In this document: positions 19,443-30,260 of the stretch, piece by piece
How the letters are laid out: every line of letters begins with the position of its first letter
Position numbering within the stretch: position 1 is the stretch's first letter
DNA from: an uncultured bacterium
GTDB taxonomy: Bacteria; Oederibacteriota; JAAXVQ01; JAUVAV01
Assembly: GCA_963710755.1 (NCBI GenBank)
Contig: CAVQBK010000003.1
Span: 64,001 to 128,000, forward strand
DNA: 64,000 nucleotides
Direction: 5' to 3'
Position numbers and translations under genes: made by a program
The notes under the pieces: model-generated
Databases searched by the model: none
Seen by the model: the letters and a program-made list of their open reading frames with translations, nothing else
Told to the model about the DNA's origin: nothing

Positions 19443-19729
19443 CGGGCCTCCTTGCACCTCATCACTCAGGGACCAAACAAGTCCGTGAGTGATGGGTTGC
19501 AAAGCACTTGAACATAATTAAAATAAAACATAGTCAAATGCGGTCTATTTTTGATTTTCGATCTTTATTTTTTGCTTTTCATTTTTCGGTTTTCAAAACC
19601 TGCTTCACCACAGACATTTTAAGATCATGAGTCAAGGCTTACCTTTTCACGGAATGACCCCGACCACGAGAACTGGGGTGGGGTGGTATGGGCCTGCCTG
19701 AGGATATGAGATCATCTCTGAATCACGAC

Positions 19730-20251
19730 TCAGGGATGCTTGGCTTTCCACTCCTTAAAACGGCGGTATTCATCCTCAAAGTTGGGCGTAAACAGGTCCT
19801 GCCCCAGGCTGGCTTCAATCTCCGAACTGGTCCAAAAACGGCCCTCTTCGATTTCCCGAGGTTCCGGTTCCACCGTTGCGTCCCAGATTGTGGAAAAGGT
19901 GTTGACCAGTTCTGTTTCCTGAGGACTGAACATCATATATTGATAAAGATGGGTCAACTGAACATGAATGATATGCAGTTCTTCTTTCAATTCCCGTTGG
20001 GCACCGTTCAGAATGGTCTCCCCCGGGCAGAGATGGCCTCCCACCGAGGTGTCCCATTTGCCGGGCTGAATGTCTTTGTGCTTGGCCCGCTTCTGGAGAT
20101 AGAGGCGACCGGTCCGGTCCCAAACCAGTACATGCACCACCCGGTGGATGAGGCCCTTTTGGCTGTGACATTCCTGCCTGGTGGCCAGCCGCAGCACCTC
20201 GCCCTGTTCATTAACCACTTCCAATAACTCTTCGTGTTCGCTCTCGCTCAT
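19730..20251 (-). CDS. NUDIX hydrolase (IDI/YfcD-like)
   Basis: HRVVHV, LQKR...KD..PG.WD.SVGGH...GET...AQRELKEEL Nudix box. Confidence 0.88.
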   Translation of the reverse strand: MSESEHEELLEVVNEQGEVLRLATRQECHSQKGLIHRVVHVLVWDRTGRLYLQKRAKHKDIQPGKWDTSVGGHLCPGETILNGAQRELKEELHIIHVQLTHLYQYMMFSPQETELVNTFSTIWDATVEPEPREIEEGRFWTSSEIEASLGQDLFTPNFEDEYRRFKEWKAKHP

Positions 20252-20283
20252 AGCGCCCTAGTTTACCAAAAAATTAAAAAAGG

Positions 20284-21320
20284 AACAGCTTTTTTCAACA
20301 GGCCTTGTCTAGGCGCCATGGTGCCAGCCACATTTTCCTTTTCTTTGCTCCTCTCCCCAACTTATTTTGGGGAGAGGCAGGGTGAGGGGTACTGCAGTGA
20401 TCCTTTTAGTTTTTTTCTTTTGGTACCCTCACCTTACTCCTCTCCCTCTCCGAGGGAGAGGAATCATTTTATTCACCCCAATGGGAACCTTTTTATTTTT
20501 CAGTCAAGGGGACCTATTGACTTTGCTTAAACAGCTTTTTTCAACAGGTCTTGCCTAGGTGCCATGGTGCCAGCCACATTTTCCTTTTCTTTGCTCCTCT
20601 CCCCAACTTATTTTGGGGAGAGGCAGGGTGAGGGGTACTGCAGTGATCCTTTTAGTTTTTTTCTTTTGGTACCCTCACCTTACTCCTCTCCCTCTCCGAG
20701 GGAGAGGAATCATTTTATTCACCCCAATGGGAACCTTTTTATTTTTCAGTCAAGGGGACCTATTGACTTTGCTTAAACAGCTTTTTTCAACAGGTCTTGC
20801 CTAGGTGCCATGGCGCCAGCCACATTTTCCTTTTCTTTGCTCCTCTCCCCAACTTATTTTGGGGAGAGGCAGGGTGAGGGGTACTGCAGTGATCCTTTTA
20901 GTTTTTTTCTTTTGGTACCCTCACCTTACTCCTCTCCCTCTCCGAGGGAGAGGAATCATTTTATTCACCCCAATGGGAACCTTTTTATTTTTCAGTCAAG
21001 GGGACCTATTGACTTTGCTTAAACAGCTTTTTTCAACAGGTCTTGCCTAGGTGCCATGGCGCCAGCCACATTTTCCTTTTCTTTGCTCCTCTCCCCAACT
21101 TATTTTGGGGAGAGGCAGGGTGAGGGGTACTGCAGTGATCCTTTTAGTTTTTTTCTTTTGGTACCCTCACCTTACTCCTCTCCCTCTCCGAGGGAGAGGA
21201 ATCATTTTATTCACCCCAATGGGAACCTTTTTATTTTTCAGTCAAGGGGACCTATTGACTTTGCTTAAACAGCTTTTTTCAACAGGTCTTGTCTAGGCGC
21301 CATGGTGCCAGCCACATTTT
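20284..21320. repeat. Tandem array: four 246-bp units plus a 53-bp terminal partial unit, each full unit with two REP-like hairpins
   Basis: Units start at 20284, 20530, 20776, 21022 and 21268; each full unit carries cctctcccc-aacttatttt-ggggagagg and cctctccctc-tcc-gagggagagg. Confidence 0.95.
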
Positions 21321-21439
21321 ATTACAAGCCCTGTTTTCTAACAGCTGTAGTGACAAAACCTTGGGCTTAACGTAAAATACGTCAAATTGGTGCCAGCCTC
21401 CAATTCTCTGTGAAGATAATTAAAATAAAGGAGTTTCTT

Positions 21440-22147
21440 ATGCCCCGTGCCATTATCATCGGTGCCACCTCAGGCATTGGTCAGGCTTTGGCCCACCAGT
21501 TGGCAGCTAAAGGCTTTGACCTGGGACTTACCGGCCGCAGGCTGGACCGGCTGCAAGACTTACAACAACGCCTGAACGCCAAGATTCAAGAGATGGATGT
21601 AAGCCGGCCCGACCGGGCGCGCACCCAATTAACGGCCTTGATTGATGCCCTGGGCGGATTGGACCTGCTGATCATCAATGCCGGGGTTTCCCACCGCCAG
21701 GGTAATTGGGAACAGGAACAGGAAATGATTGCGGTTAATGTACTCGGTTTTACGGCCATGGCGCAGGCTGGGTTGACTTATTTCTTAGCCCAAGGCCAGG
21801 GCCACTTGGTGGGTATTTCTTCCATTTCCGCCTTGCGGGGCCGGGCCAACAACATTGCCTACTCGGCCACCAAAGCCTATGTGTCCAACTATTTGCAAGG
21901 CTGCCGCCAAAAAGCAGCGCATTTAAGAAAAGCGGTGGTTGTCACGGATCTCATCCCCGGCTATGTGGAAACCCGCCTGATTAAAGGCCATAAGGGTACC
22001 TTTTGGGTGGCATCAGTGGACAAGGCTGCCCGCCAAATGGTAGGGGCCATGCTAAGAAGAAAAAAACGTGCCTATATTACCCGCCGCTGGCGCCTAATCG
22101 CCTGGTTTTTAACCTTCATCCCCGACTGGCTCCATCAAAAACTTTGA
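21440..22147 (+). CDS. Short-chain dehydrogenase/reductase
   Basis: GATSGIG, INAG, ISS, YSATK; ATG 21440 after AAGGAG. Confidence 0.92.
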   Translation: MPRAIIIGATSGIGQALAHQLAAKGFDLGLTGRRLDRLQDLQQRLNAKIQEMDVSRPDRARTQLTALIDALGGLDLLIINAGVSHRQGNWEQEQEMIAVNVLGFTAMAQAGLTYFLAQGQGHLVGISSISALRGRANNIAYSATKAYVSNYLQGCRQKAAHLRKAVVVTDLIPGYVETRLIKGHKGTFWVASVDKAARQMVGAMLRRKKRAYITRRWRLIAWFLTFIPDWLHQKL

Positions 22148-22243
22148 TCCTTGATAAAAACCCAGACGTTCTTGTTGCAAGGTAAACCATTGCCCCTTTT
22201 TATCCGACACTTAGGATAAGTCTATCCACGTATTGAGGTTAAA

Positions 22244-25087
22244 ATGGAGCCTTCCCTGTCGTCCCCCGCTACCGAGCATCACACCGGACCCCACGATGTT
22301 TTTGTGGTGGAAATCGGCGCAGATCAATGTATCACGTTGGTTAATCCCGAATTTTGCCGGCTGACGGGCATGCCCGAGCATGAGCTGGTCGGTTTGAACT
22401 GGTTTGAAACGTTTGTGCCTTTCGAATGGCGCCAAAATGAACAATTGAAATTCATACAGTTGGTTAGCGGCAAACGTTGCAATGTTCAGTATGAAGAAAA
22501 CGAAATCCTGCTCCCCAGTGGCAAACGGTTGGCCATGGGCTGGCATCATAAGGTGGTAAAAAACGAGCATGACAGTATTGTAGGACTGCTCAGCTCGGGC
22601 GAAGACCTCAACCGTAAATACCACGTGGAACTATCCCTGCAGGAAGAGCGGCAAAAAGCCCAGATTTATCTGGATATCGTTGATGTGTTGGTTATGGTGA
22701 CGGATGCAGCCCAACAAATCCTGCAAATCAACCGCAAGGGTTGTGCCCTTTTGGAGAGCATGGAAAAGGCCATTGTTGGTGCCAACCTTGACCAGTTTTT
22801 ACCGCAGCCGGTCTTGGAGCAGCTGCGCGCGGGTTTTCAAAATGCTTCCGCCCAGGAAAACAAAACCAGCCTGAGTTTGGAAAGCGAGCTGTTTACGGCC
22901 TCCGGCAACAGCCGCATCATCGCCTGGCATCATCAATTTTTAAAAAACAGTCGCGGTGAGGTGACGGCCACCTTGAGCTCCGGCATTGACATAAGCCAGC
23001 AACGGCGAGCGGAGAAGTTGTTGCGCATCCAGCGTGACCTGGCCTTGCTGCTAACGTCAGCATTCCCGCAGGACACCTTCTTTGAAAAGTTCATTAAAAA
23101 ATTATTTGAAATTCCCGGCATCCATCAGGTAGGTTTGTACGACTATAATCCCCAGCACCAAAAACTGGTTCTCCAAACTTTTCAGCCCGCCCTATGGGCG
23201 CCCACCTCCGTGCCGTTCAACGATGCTATACACAAAGACTATTTGGTTCAACTGGAGAAAGGTACTCCTGTCTTTCTTAATGAAAAAAACACCGCCTTCC
23301 CGTCCAGTCTGACGGTCTTTCGCAGCGTGACCATTATCCCCCTCAATCATGGCGGTCGTTTTCTAGGGGCTATCAATCTGGCCTCTTCCCACTATGATAA
23401 GTTGGAAGAGGATATCCTAAATGTGCTCTATACTCTGTGCGCCCAACTGAGTACCATCATGGTGCAGCTCGAGGACCGCCAGGTTTATCGCACCACTGAA
23501 GCCCTGAACCATAACATTCTGGAGAATGTAGGCATGGGCATGATTTTACTGGATACCCAATTTAAGGTCATGGCCGTGAACAGCCAGATCCGGCGATGGT
23601 TCACCGATGTAACCGTTCACCGTGACCTGCGTGGCCACCAACTTATTGCCCAAACCGATCACCTGCATGCCCAATGCCCGGTCCAGCAAAGTCTGGATGA
23701 TGGCCAGCGCCATGAGGCCATCATTCCCTTTGGCTCGGACTGTCAGCATCAACGCTTTTTCCGCATGATCACCTCGCCTGTGTTGGGTGAGGATAACCGC
23801 GTTATTATGGGTATTATTGTATTAATCGAGGATGTGACCCAAAAAATCAAGACAGAAGAAGCTGTGCATAACATGCATTTGCGCACCGCCCAGATTTTGG
23901 CCTCCATCCCCTCCATTCTCATTGGTCTCAATGCCCACGACCGTATCTTCGAATGGAATACGGCTGCTGAAAAAGCATTTGGCCTGACTCAGGCACAAAC
24001 CATGTATCAACCGTTTTCAGCCCTGCCTTTAACCTGGAGTTTGCCGCCGGAAGTTAAACGTTTTCGTGCAACGTTGACCGGGCAACAGGAGCTGCATTGT
24101 CCGCGGGTGCCTTATCAGCGCGCCGACGGCAAAGAAGGCATTCTTGATCTGCGCATTTCTCGTATGGCCGGCACCGAAAACCAGGCCGATGAATTTCTGA
24201 TCGTGGGGTTGGATATTACCAAGAACCGGCTGTTGGAAGCCCAATTGTTGCAAGCTCAAAAACTGGAGTCCATTGGCCAACTCTCCGCCGGCATTGCCCA
24301 CGAGATCAATACACCCATTCAATATGTAGGCGATAACATCCGCTTTCTCGATGAAACCTTTTTGGAGTTCCAAAACCTGATCAATGAATTTCTGAATTGT
24401 TATAGCGCCTTTGAAAAAAATCAGCTGGAAGGAACTATGCTCGAGCGGCTTAATACCTTTATCCGCGAGATTGATTTGGATTTTCTCATGGAGGAAATTC
24501 CCTCGGCGGTAAAACAAGCTCTGGAAGGCGTAGAACGGGTGGCCACCATCGTACGGGCCTTAAAAGGTTTTGCCCACCCTGACCGGCCCGGAGAAATAAA
24601 AACCATTGATATCAACCAAGCCATTCAAAATACCATTACGGTAGCACGCAACGAATGGAAATATGTGGCTGAGATGGAAACCCAATTAGCCCAGGATCTG
24701 CCCCTAGTGGCCTGTTATCCCGGTGAATTCAATCAGGTGATTCTAAATTTGATTGTTAATGCAGCCCATGCCATCGGGGAAAAACTCAGCGACAACTCCG
24801 AACAAAAAGGTAAAATCACCATTATCACCAGCAGTACCGCTGAAGAAGCATGCATTGTGGTTTCCGACACCGGCACCGGCATTCCCAAAACCATTCAGGA
24901 TAAAATATTTGATCCTTTTTTCACCACCAAAGAAGTAGGCAAAGGCACAGGTCAGGGTCTGGCCTTGGCCCGCACGGTCATTACGGAGAAACATCATGGC
25001 CGCCTGGGGTTTAAAAGCGTTCCCGGCGAGGGGACGACCTTCACCATCTATTTGCCGATCAACGGTCAGGAGAATCCTAATGACTAA
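22244..25087 (+). CDS. Cytoplasmic multi-PAS/GAF sensor histidine kinase
   Basis: Several PAS repeats, GAF-like segment, QAQKLESIGQLSAGIAHEINTP H-box, NLIVNA, DTGTGI, FDPFFTTKEVGKGTGQGL. Confidence 0.93.
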   Translation: MEPSLSSPATEHHTGPHDVFVVEIGADQCITLVNPEFCRLTGMPEHELVGLNWFETFVPFEWRQNEQLKFIQLVSGKRCNVQYEENEILLPSGKRLAMGWHHKVVKNEHDSIVGLLSSGEDLNRKYHVELSLQEERQKAQIYLDIVDVLVMVTDAAQQILQINRKGCALLESMEKAIVGANLDQFLPQPVLEQLRAGFQNASAQENKTSLSLESELFTASGNSRIIAWHHQFLKNSRGEVTATLSSGIDISQQRRAEKLLRIQRDLALLLTSAFPQDTFFEKFIKKLFEIPGIHQVGLYDYNPQHQKLVLQTFQPALWAPTSVPFNDAIHKDYLVQLEKGTPVFLNEKNTAFPSSLTVFRSVTIIPLNHGGRFLGAINLASSHYDKLEEDILNVLYTLCAQLSTIMVQLEDRQVYRTTEALNHNILENVGMGMILLDTQFKVMAVNSQIRRWFTDVTVHRDLRGHQLIAQTDHLHAQCPVQQSLDDGQRHEAIIPFGSDCQHQRFFRMITSPVLGEDNRVIMGIIVLIEDVTQKIKTEEAVHNMHLRTAQILASIPSILIGLNAHDRIFEWNTAAEKAFGLTQAQTMYQPFSALPLTWSLPPEVKRFRATLTGQQELHCPRVPYQRADGKEGILDLRISRMAGTENQADEFLIVGLDITKNRLLEAQLLQAQKLESIGQLSAGIAHEINTPIQYVGDNIRFLDETFLEFQNLINEFLNCYSAFEKNQLEGTMLERLNTFIREIDLDFLMEEIPSAVKQALEGVERVATIVRALKGFAHPDRPGEIKTIDINQAIQNTITVARNEWKYVAEMETQLAQDLPLVACYPGEFNQVILNLIVNAAHAIGEKLSDNSEQKGKITIITSSTAEEACIVVSDTGTGIPKTIQDKIFDPFFTTKEVGKGTGQGLALARTVITEKHHGRLGFKSVPGEGTTFTIYLPINGQENPND

Positions 25088-26285
25088 AAAATACATTCTG
25101 TTTGTGGACGATGAGCCCAATGTATTGCAAGGCTTACGCCGCATGCTCCGGCCTATGCGTGAGATTTGGGATATCGATACAGCTGAGAGCGGCCAGCAGG
25201 CTCTGGCCAAATTGCAGGAGAACCGTTTTGATATCATTGTCACAGATATGCGCATGCCCGGCATGGACGGCAGCCAGCTCCTGCAACAAGTGATGGACCG
25301 CTATCCCCATATGGTGCGCATTGTCCTGTCCGGTCAATCAGATCAGCAAAGTGTGATGCGGGCTCTGGGCCCGGCCCATCAATATCTGGCCAAACCCTGT
25401 GATACGGACACTTTAAAAGCCACGGTGCAGCGCGCCTGCACCTTGCAGCAACTTCTGGCCAACGAAGCGCTGCGGCAAATTGTCTCTCAAATCAAATCCC
25501 TGCCCAGCCTGCCTTCGCTGTATACGGAGATCATGAAGGAACTACGTACTGAAGATCCCAGTATTGAAAAAATCGGCCGCATCATTAATCGCGACGCCGC
25601 CATGTCCGCCAAAATCCTGCAGATCGTGAATTCAGCTTTTTTCGGCTTTTACAATAATATCCAGGATCCCACGCGCGCTGTCACCGTATTGGGATTGGAT
25701 AAAGTACGCTCGTTGGTACTCACTATCCATATTTTTGCTGAATTTAATCAGGCCCATCTCAAAACCTTCAACCTGGGCGAATTATGGCATCATAATCTGC
25801 TGGTGGGGGAATGTAGCAAAAAGTTGGCGCAAAGCGTATCCTCCGACAAGGCGCTGCTCGATGAATGCTATATGGCCGGGTTGTTACATGACACAGGTAA
25901 GTTGATCTTAATGAATCATCAACCCGAGCTCTATGCCCAGGTCGTGGCTCAGGCCAAGGAACGCCAGGCACCACTGGAGGTGGTGGAGCAGGACCTATTA
26001 GGCGCCACTCATGCCGAGGTGGGGGCCTATTTGCTGGGGTTGTGGGGCCTGCCGCCCTCCATTATCGAGGCCATTGCTTTTCATCATCATCCGCGCAGTT
26101 GTGAAAATCAAAGTGTCATACCCCTTAGTTTCGTGCATACCGCTGATGCCTTGGTCTTGAAAAATCACAGTGGGCCATTGTTGGGAGCTTCTGCCTTGGA
26201 TACTGACTATATTCAGCATATCGGCCTGGAACCTCAGCTCAACCGCTGGCAGGCCCAATGCGAAGAGTTGACGAGAAAGGACTAA
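25080..26285 (+). CDS. Response regulator with HDOD domain
   Basis: ILFVDDE, TDMRMPGMDG; LPSLP, KILQIVNSAFFG, AGLLHDTGK, HAEVGAYLL.LWGLP; ATG 25080 overlaps the kinase end. Confidence 0.92.
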   Translation: MTKKYILFVDDEPNVLQGLRRMLRPMREIWDIDTAESGQQALAKLQENRFDIIVTDMRMPGMDGSQLLQQVMDRYPHMVRIVLSGQSDQQSVMRALGPAHQYLAKPCDTDTLKATVQRACTLQQLLANEALRQIVSQIKSLPSLPSLYTEIMKELRTEDPSIEKIGRIINRDAAMSAKILQIVNSAFFGFYNNIQDPTRAVTVLGLDKVRSLVLTIHIFAEFNQAHLKTFNLGELWHHNLLVGECSKKLAQSVSSDKALLDECYMAGLLHDTGKLILMNHQPELYAQVVAQAKERQAPLEVVEQDLLGATHAEVGAYLLGLWGLPPSIIEAIAFHHHPRSCENQSVIPLSFVHTADALVLKNHSGPLLGASALDTDYIQHIGLEPQLNRWQAQCEELTRKD

Positions 26286-26289
26286 GGTC

Positions 26290-27444
26290 ATGGCTGATCG
26301 GGTTTTATTCGTGGATGACGAAGAGAATATCCTGCACGGTTACAAGCGCACCTTAAGACGGGAGTTTACTGTTGATATCGCCACCAGCGGCGCCCAGGCT
26401 CTGGCCATGATCGATGCTGCCCCGGCTTACCCGGTCATTGTGTCCGATATGCGCATGCCCCAAATGGACGGCGTGCAGTTTTTAAGCGAAGTAAGCCGGC
26501 GCTACCCGGACACAGTGCGCATCATGCTTACCGGCCAGGCCGACATGCAGGATGCCATTGCCGCCGTCAATGAAGGCCATATCTTTCGCTTTTTAACCAA
26601 GCCCTGCGATTCTGTTACCCTGACCAAAGCCTTGACCGCCGGCCAGAACCAATATCGGCTGATCACCGCGGAACGGGAGTTGCTGGAAAAAACCTTGAAC
26701 GGCAGTATTAAAGTGCTGATGACCATTTTGTCGTTGGTCAATCCTGAAGCCTTCAGCCGCGCCGACCGTATCCGCCAAATTGTGGCCGGCCTGGTCACAA
26801 CCCTGAATCTTCCTCAAGGCTGGCAATTCGAGACTGCAGCCTTGTTGTCTCAAATCGGCTTGGTCACGTTGCCCACTGATATCATGACCAAATATATCAG
26901 CAACCAGTCCCTGACCAGCCAGGAAACTACCATGGTAGAATCCTGTCCTACGGTCAGCCACGATCTGCTGGCCGATATTCCCCGCTTGGATAAAATTGCC
27001 AAGATGATCGCCTGGCAGCAGGAGAACTATGCCAACCTGCACGACACCGCCACCTTGGGCCAGCCCCTGTCCGATAAGGATCAGATTAAAATCGGAGCTC
27101 AATTATTAAAAATTGGCTTGGCCTATGACAATATGCGCCACCGCGAACAATGTGCCCATTCCCATACCCTTAACACCCTTAAAGATCAACCCGAGGTATA
27201 TCATCCTCAACTTGTTCAGGCCCTGGCCGGTCTGCAGGCGCAAGAGGCACAGACCGTATCACAGGAGGTCAGTATTTTTAATCTGGATACGCGCATGATT
27301 TTGGATCAGGACATGATCACACATAAAAATGTGTTTTTAGCGGCCAAAGGCACTGATGTAACCTCAACCTTGATCACCTTTTTGAAAAACTATGTTGTCC
27401 GTAATGAGGTGGATGAAATGGTCAAAGTGAAATTGCCGGCTTGA
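26290..27444 (+). CDS. Response regulator with degenerate HD-GYP-like domain
   Basis: VLFVDDE, SDMRMP, LTG, FLTKP; SQIG replaces the HDIG motif. Confidence 0.88.
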   Translation: MADRVLFVDDEENILHGYKRTLRREFTVDIATSGAQALAMIDAAPAYPVIVSDMRMPQMDGVQFLSEVSRRYPDTVRIMLTGQADMQDAIAAVNEGHIFRFLTKPCDSVTLTKALTAGQNQYRLITAERELLEKTLNGSIKVLMTILSLVNPEAFSRADRIRQIVAGLVTTLNLPQGWQFETAALLSQIGLVTLPTDIMTKYISNQSLTSQETTMVESCPTVSHDLLADIPRLDKIAKMIAWQQENYANLHDTATLGQPLSDKDQIKIGAQLLKIGLAYDNMRHREQCAHSHTLNTLKDQPEVYHPQLVQALAGLQAQEAQTVSQEVSIFNLDTRMILDQDMITHKNVFLAAKGTDVTSTLITFLKNYVVRNEVDEMVKVKLPA

Positions 27445-27518
27445 AGCAACCATGCTGTCCTTGGGAATAAGGCGGGATGGCTGAGGCCCACAGCCTGGCG
27501 TAATTTCCAGTTTGAGAC

Positions 27519-27551
27519 AAAAAAATACCCTTCCCCAAGGGGAAGGGTATT
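27519..27551 (-). terminator. Rho-independent terminator after tRNA-fMet
   Basis: aatacccttcccc-aa-ggggaagggtatt hairpin followed by a T-run on the minus strand. Confidence 0.8.
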
Positions 27552-27555
27552 AAAC

Positions 27556-27630
<75 letters not shown>

Positions 27631-27663
27631 TCGTATATTAATGAAGTTTGTCCGAGGGGTAGG

Positions 27664-27692
27664 ACTTTAGCATATCTGCCCAGGAATGTCCA
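27664..27692 (-). promoter_or_regulatory. Putative sigma70 promoter of the tRNA
   Basis: TGGACA-17 nt-TAAAGT with an extended TG. Confidence 0.5.
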
Positions 27693-27753
27693 GGGGGGCG
27701 GCTAAAAATTTTTAAATTTCCCGCATTTCAGTGCGGGTATTGGTGCGAACCCA

Positions 27754-29091
27754 TTACGCCGATCCCCATAGCGACCGCCAGCGGCGGCGAGTCGGTCTGC
27801 GCCATTTCCGAGGTTGGGCAAAAAGTTCCGGGTAGTGTTGTTTTAATAGCCTGAGAGATGGCAGCAAAGCTCCTGGCAAGGACAGCTTTGATCCGTTTTC
27901 CAGGGTAAACTTCAAACTCCCTTGGCCGGCGTATAACCGCGATAACAGCGGCAGGTATTCTTCCACCATGACCTTTTGCCGCGCTAGGGATACCTGTCCA
28001 AGTTGGGTTGTCAACTGCTGGAGCAGGTGCCGCCCTAAAACCAGCCTCAAAGGCATTGGCAGCAATCGGAACCCAGGATTAACTGTCGCGGTCAGGGCAG
28101 TGACCAGCAAGAGAGATGGCCAAGGCTTGATCTCAGCTTGTTGGTGGGCCCAAAAAAGCACCCTTAAAACCATAGCGATCATCATTCCTTGTTGACCTGA
28201 CCCCTTGGCTGGATTGGTGCTCACAAGGCCCGGCCACCACATGGGCACGGTCAGGATCCATAGACTTTGATCCTGGCTGCGCTGCAAGCCAATCCCCCAG
28301 CCTTGGCGGATACGAATGCGCCCGGCCAGGTCCAGGGCATGGTCCCCGTCCGTGCGGCCAAAAAGCAAAGGAAATTGCTTGGCCATCCTGCCGATCACAT
28401 GCCCTTCCAGATAGTCCTGACCGATACGGCCCGGGCCCAACAACTCGCGCAGGCCGGGCAGTTGCTCCGGGGTTTTCAGCGCCTCGGCATGAATGCGCAA
28501 GGCCAGATGGAGCAAGTTGTGCGATTGCAGGCCTGCCAGACCCAGGGCCGTGGCCAGCACAGGCGTCAGGGTAAAAGCCCCTGCCGCCAAAGTCAACGTG
28601 AGATTGAAAAGGCTCAGGCCCATGGCCCAAAGCGCATTCTTCTTTTCCCCGGGGGAAAGCGCTTGCCAGCTCAAACGGCCGCCTTTAAACAAATGAGCCG
28701 GCGCGAAGAGCAGCCAATAAACCGCGTTGCTGGTCAGCAAGGTGGCGGCCACCTGCGGAGCTGTCATCCACCCGGCCAGACCCGCCGCCAAGGTAAACGC
28801 CTGCGCGGCCAGCAGGGGCAGGCCTTCGAGCCACCAGGCGTTCTCCTGGTAGCGCTTACTGGTCCAGCTCCAATGGATAGCGGTCCAAGTTTTCAACCAC
28901 GGCATCATACCACCAGTGAGCTGATTTTCCTGTTCCTGTTGCACCCCTGCTTTTTTAAGCAACATGGAAAACCAAGAGTTCTTTAAAACCTCAGAGTCTA
29001 TATTCTTCAAGTTTTGATAGCGTTCTTCCGCGAAGTATTCTTCGGTCCAGTTCTGCGAATTCCTTATCGCGCGAGCTCTACATCTTGCCAA
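27754..29091 (-). CDS. C-terminal membrane-associated part of the frameshifted giant protein
   Basis: No convincing RBS or start; overlaps the previous ORF; same frame as 30247..34137; TM segments and an Arg-rich tail. Confidence 0.6.
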   Translation of the reverse strand: MARCRARAIRNSQNWTEEYFAEERYQNLKNIDSEVLKNSWFSMLLKKAGVQQEQENQLTGGMMPWLKTWTAIHWSWTSKRYQENAWWLEGLPLLAAQAFTLAAGLAGWMTAPQVAATLLTSNAVYWLLFAPAHLFKGGRLSWQALSPGEKKNALWAMGLSLFNLTLTLAAGAFTLTPVLATALGLAGLQSHNLLHLALRIHAEALKTPEQLPGLRELLGPGRIGQDYLEGHVIGRMAKQFPLLFGRTDGDHALDLAGRIRIRQGWGIGLQRSQDQSLWILTVPMWWPGLVSTNPAKGSGQQGMMIAMVLRVLFWAHQQAEIKPWPSLLLVTALTATVNPGFRLLPMPLRLVLGRHLLQQLTTQLGQVSLARQKVMVEEYLPLLSRLYAGQGSLKFTLENGSKLSLPGALLPSLRLLKQHYPELFAQPRKWRRPTRRRWRSLWGSA

Positions 29092-30260
29092 AATAATCTA
29101 ACCTTATCCGGCGTTTTGCTGGCCCAGCGGTTAAGCGTTTGCTGTAATACTATTCCAATTTCTCCAACAGAGTAAGCCTTAAAATACTTCGGAAAAGCAT
29201 TACGCGCCCAAAGCCATTCTTGCATTAAGTTGGCCAAGCTGGCAGGATCAAGCTTAGGTAAAATGTGTTCCATCAACATCTTTTGGGGCAAGAGCGAGGC
29301 CCAACGGCTGGGCATAAAATTGATAGTGCTGCAAAACGCCAACAGGGGATCAAGGTGTAATCCCGCCAAATCGACGGTCACATTTTTTAATATCTTTACC
29401 AAAATCTCAGGATCTTTTTGGGTCAATGTTTCTAAAATGGGGGGCTGCTGCTTCGAAATGTTGCCCATCATATCAAAGCCGATAAGGCGCAAATGCGCTT
29501 GTCCCGGAAAAGCGATGAATTTATAAAAGGCTTTATCATCACTGTGGTAAAGTAATTCCAATAATTGAATGATTTTGGGGTTTTCCAAGGGCCCCACATA
29601 CTGCGTCACCCACTGGTTGACCTTTTCTATTTCACTTTGATCAATGACTTTTTCCTTGGTGAAATCAAGGGTGGGTAATTGATAACGAAAAAGCCATAAG
29701 TTGACCAGGGCCATAATCAGATCATGATTATCCCGGGTGATCAATTCAGGGTGCTGATTTCTTAAAAATTCCAAGGGTTCTTCGATTTCCTGGCTGATCT
29801 TCATCGGTTCTTCAGGATTGTCGATCCATTGGTTGATATGGCTTTCCAGGTCTTTCCTTTCTCTTTCCACTCGTTTTTTATAACTGTCCAACCAAGACAC
29901 GACTTTCCGGTAAAGCTTTATTTTTTCTTCCTCACCATCGACAGAGCCGGGGCTTTCGCAGTACTTTTCCACAATAGATGTTTGGGCTTGGTCCGTCACA
30001 TCATCGGCAAAGACCCGCCCCGAATTGCCATCAACCGTCACCAGGTAACCAACCTTGGTTTTGACATTTTGTTTTTCAAATTTAATATATTCATCACCCG
30101 CTTTAAAATTGAAGGATGACGATTTCCCCAGGCCCAAGACACAGGGACGCAGTTCATGGGATTCACGCAACAAGGCTGAGGCATGGGAAAACTCAGCTCC
30201 TGATTTTTCCAGCACGGCCACACAATAAGGATTGTTAATCAACTCATCATGAATCTTTTT
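29064..30260 (-). CDS. Middle part of the giant protein: PPDK-like phosphohistidine swivel domain plus unknown region
   Basis: G..FSHAS.L.RE...PCV.G and VTVDGNSGRVF continue the PPDK homology that breaks off at about 30250. Confidence 0.65.
   Translation of the reverse strand, partial: KKIHDELINNPYCVAVLEKSGAEFSHASALLRESHELRPCVLGLGKSSSFNFKAGDEYIKFEKQNVKTKVGYLVTVDGNSGRVFADDVTDQAQTSIVEKYCESPGSVDGEEEKIKLYRKVVSWLDSYKKRVERERKDLESHINQWIDNPEEPMKISQEIEEPLEFLRNQHPELITRDNHDLIMALVNLWLFRYQLPTLDFTKEKVIDQSEIEKVNQWVTQYVGPLENPKIIQLLELLYHSDDKAFYKFIAFPGQAHLRLIGFDMMGNISKQQPPILETLTQKDPEILVKILKNVTVDLAGLHLDPLLAFCSTINFMPSRWASLLPQKMLMEHILPKLDPASLANLMQEWLWARNAFPKYFKAYSVGEIGIVLQQTLNRWASKTPDKVRLFWQDVELAR

Noticed and set aside
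20234-21296. Repeated 63-98 aa ORFs, or a CRISPR array, in the tandem repeat
   Set aside because: The ORFs arise from the 246-bp repeat and lack an RBS; units have no variable spacers and no cas genes are nearby
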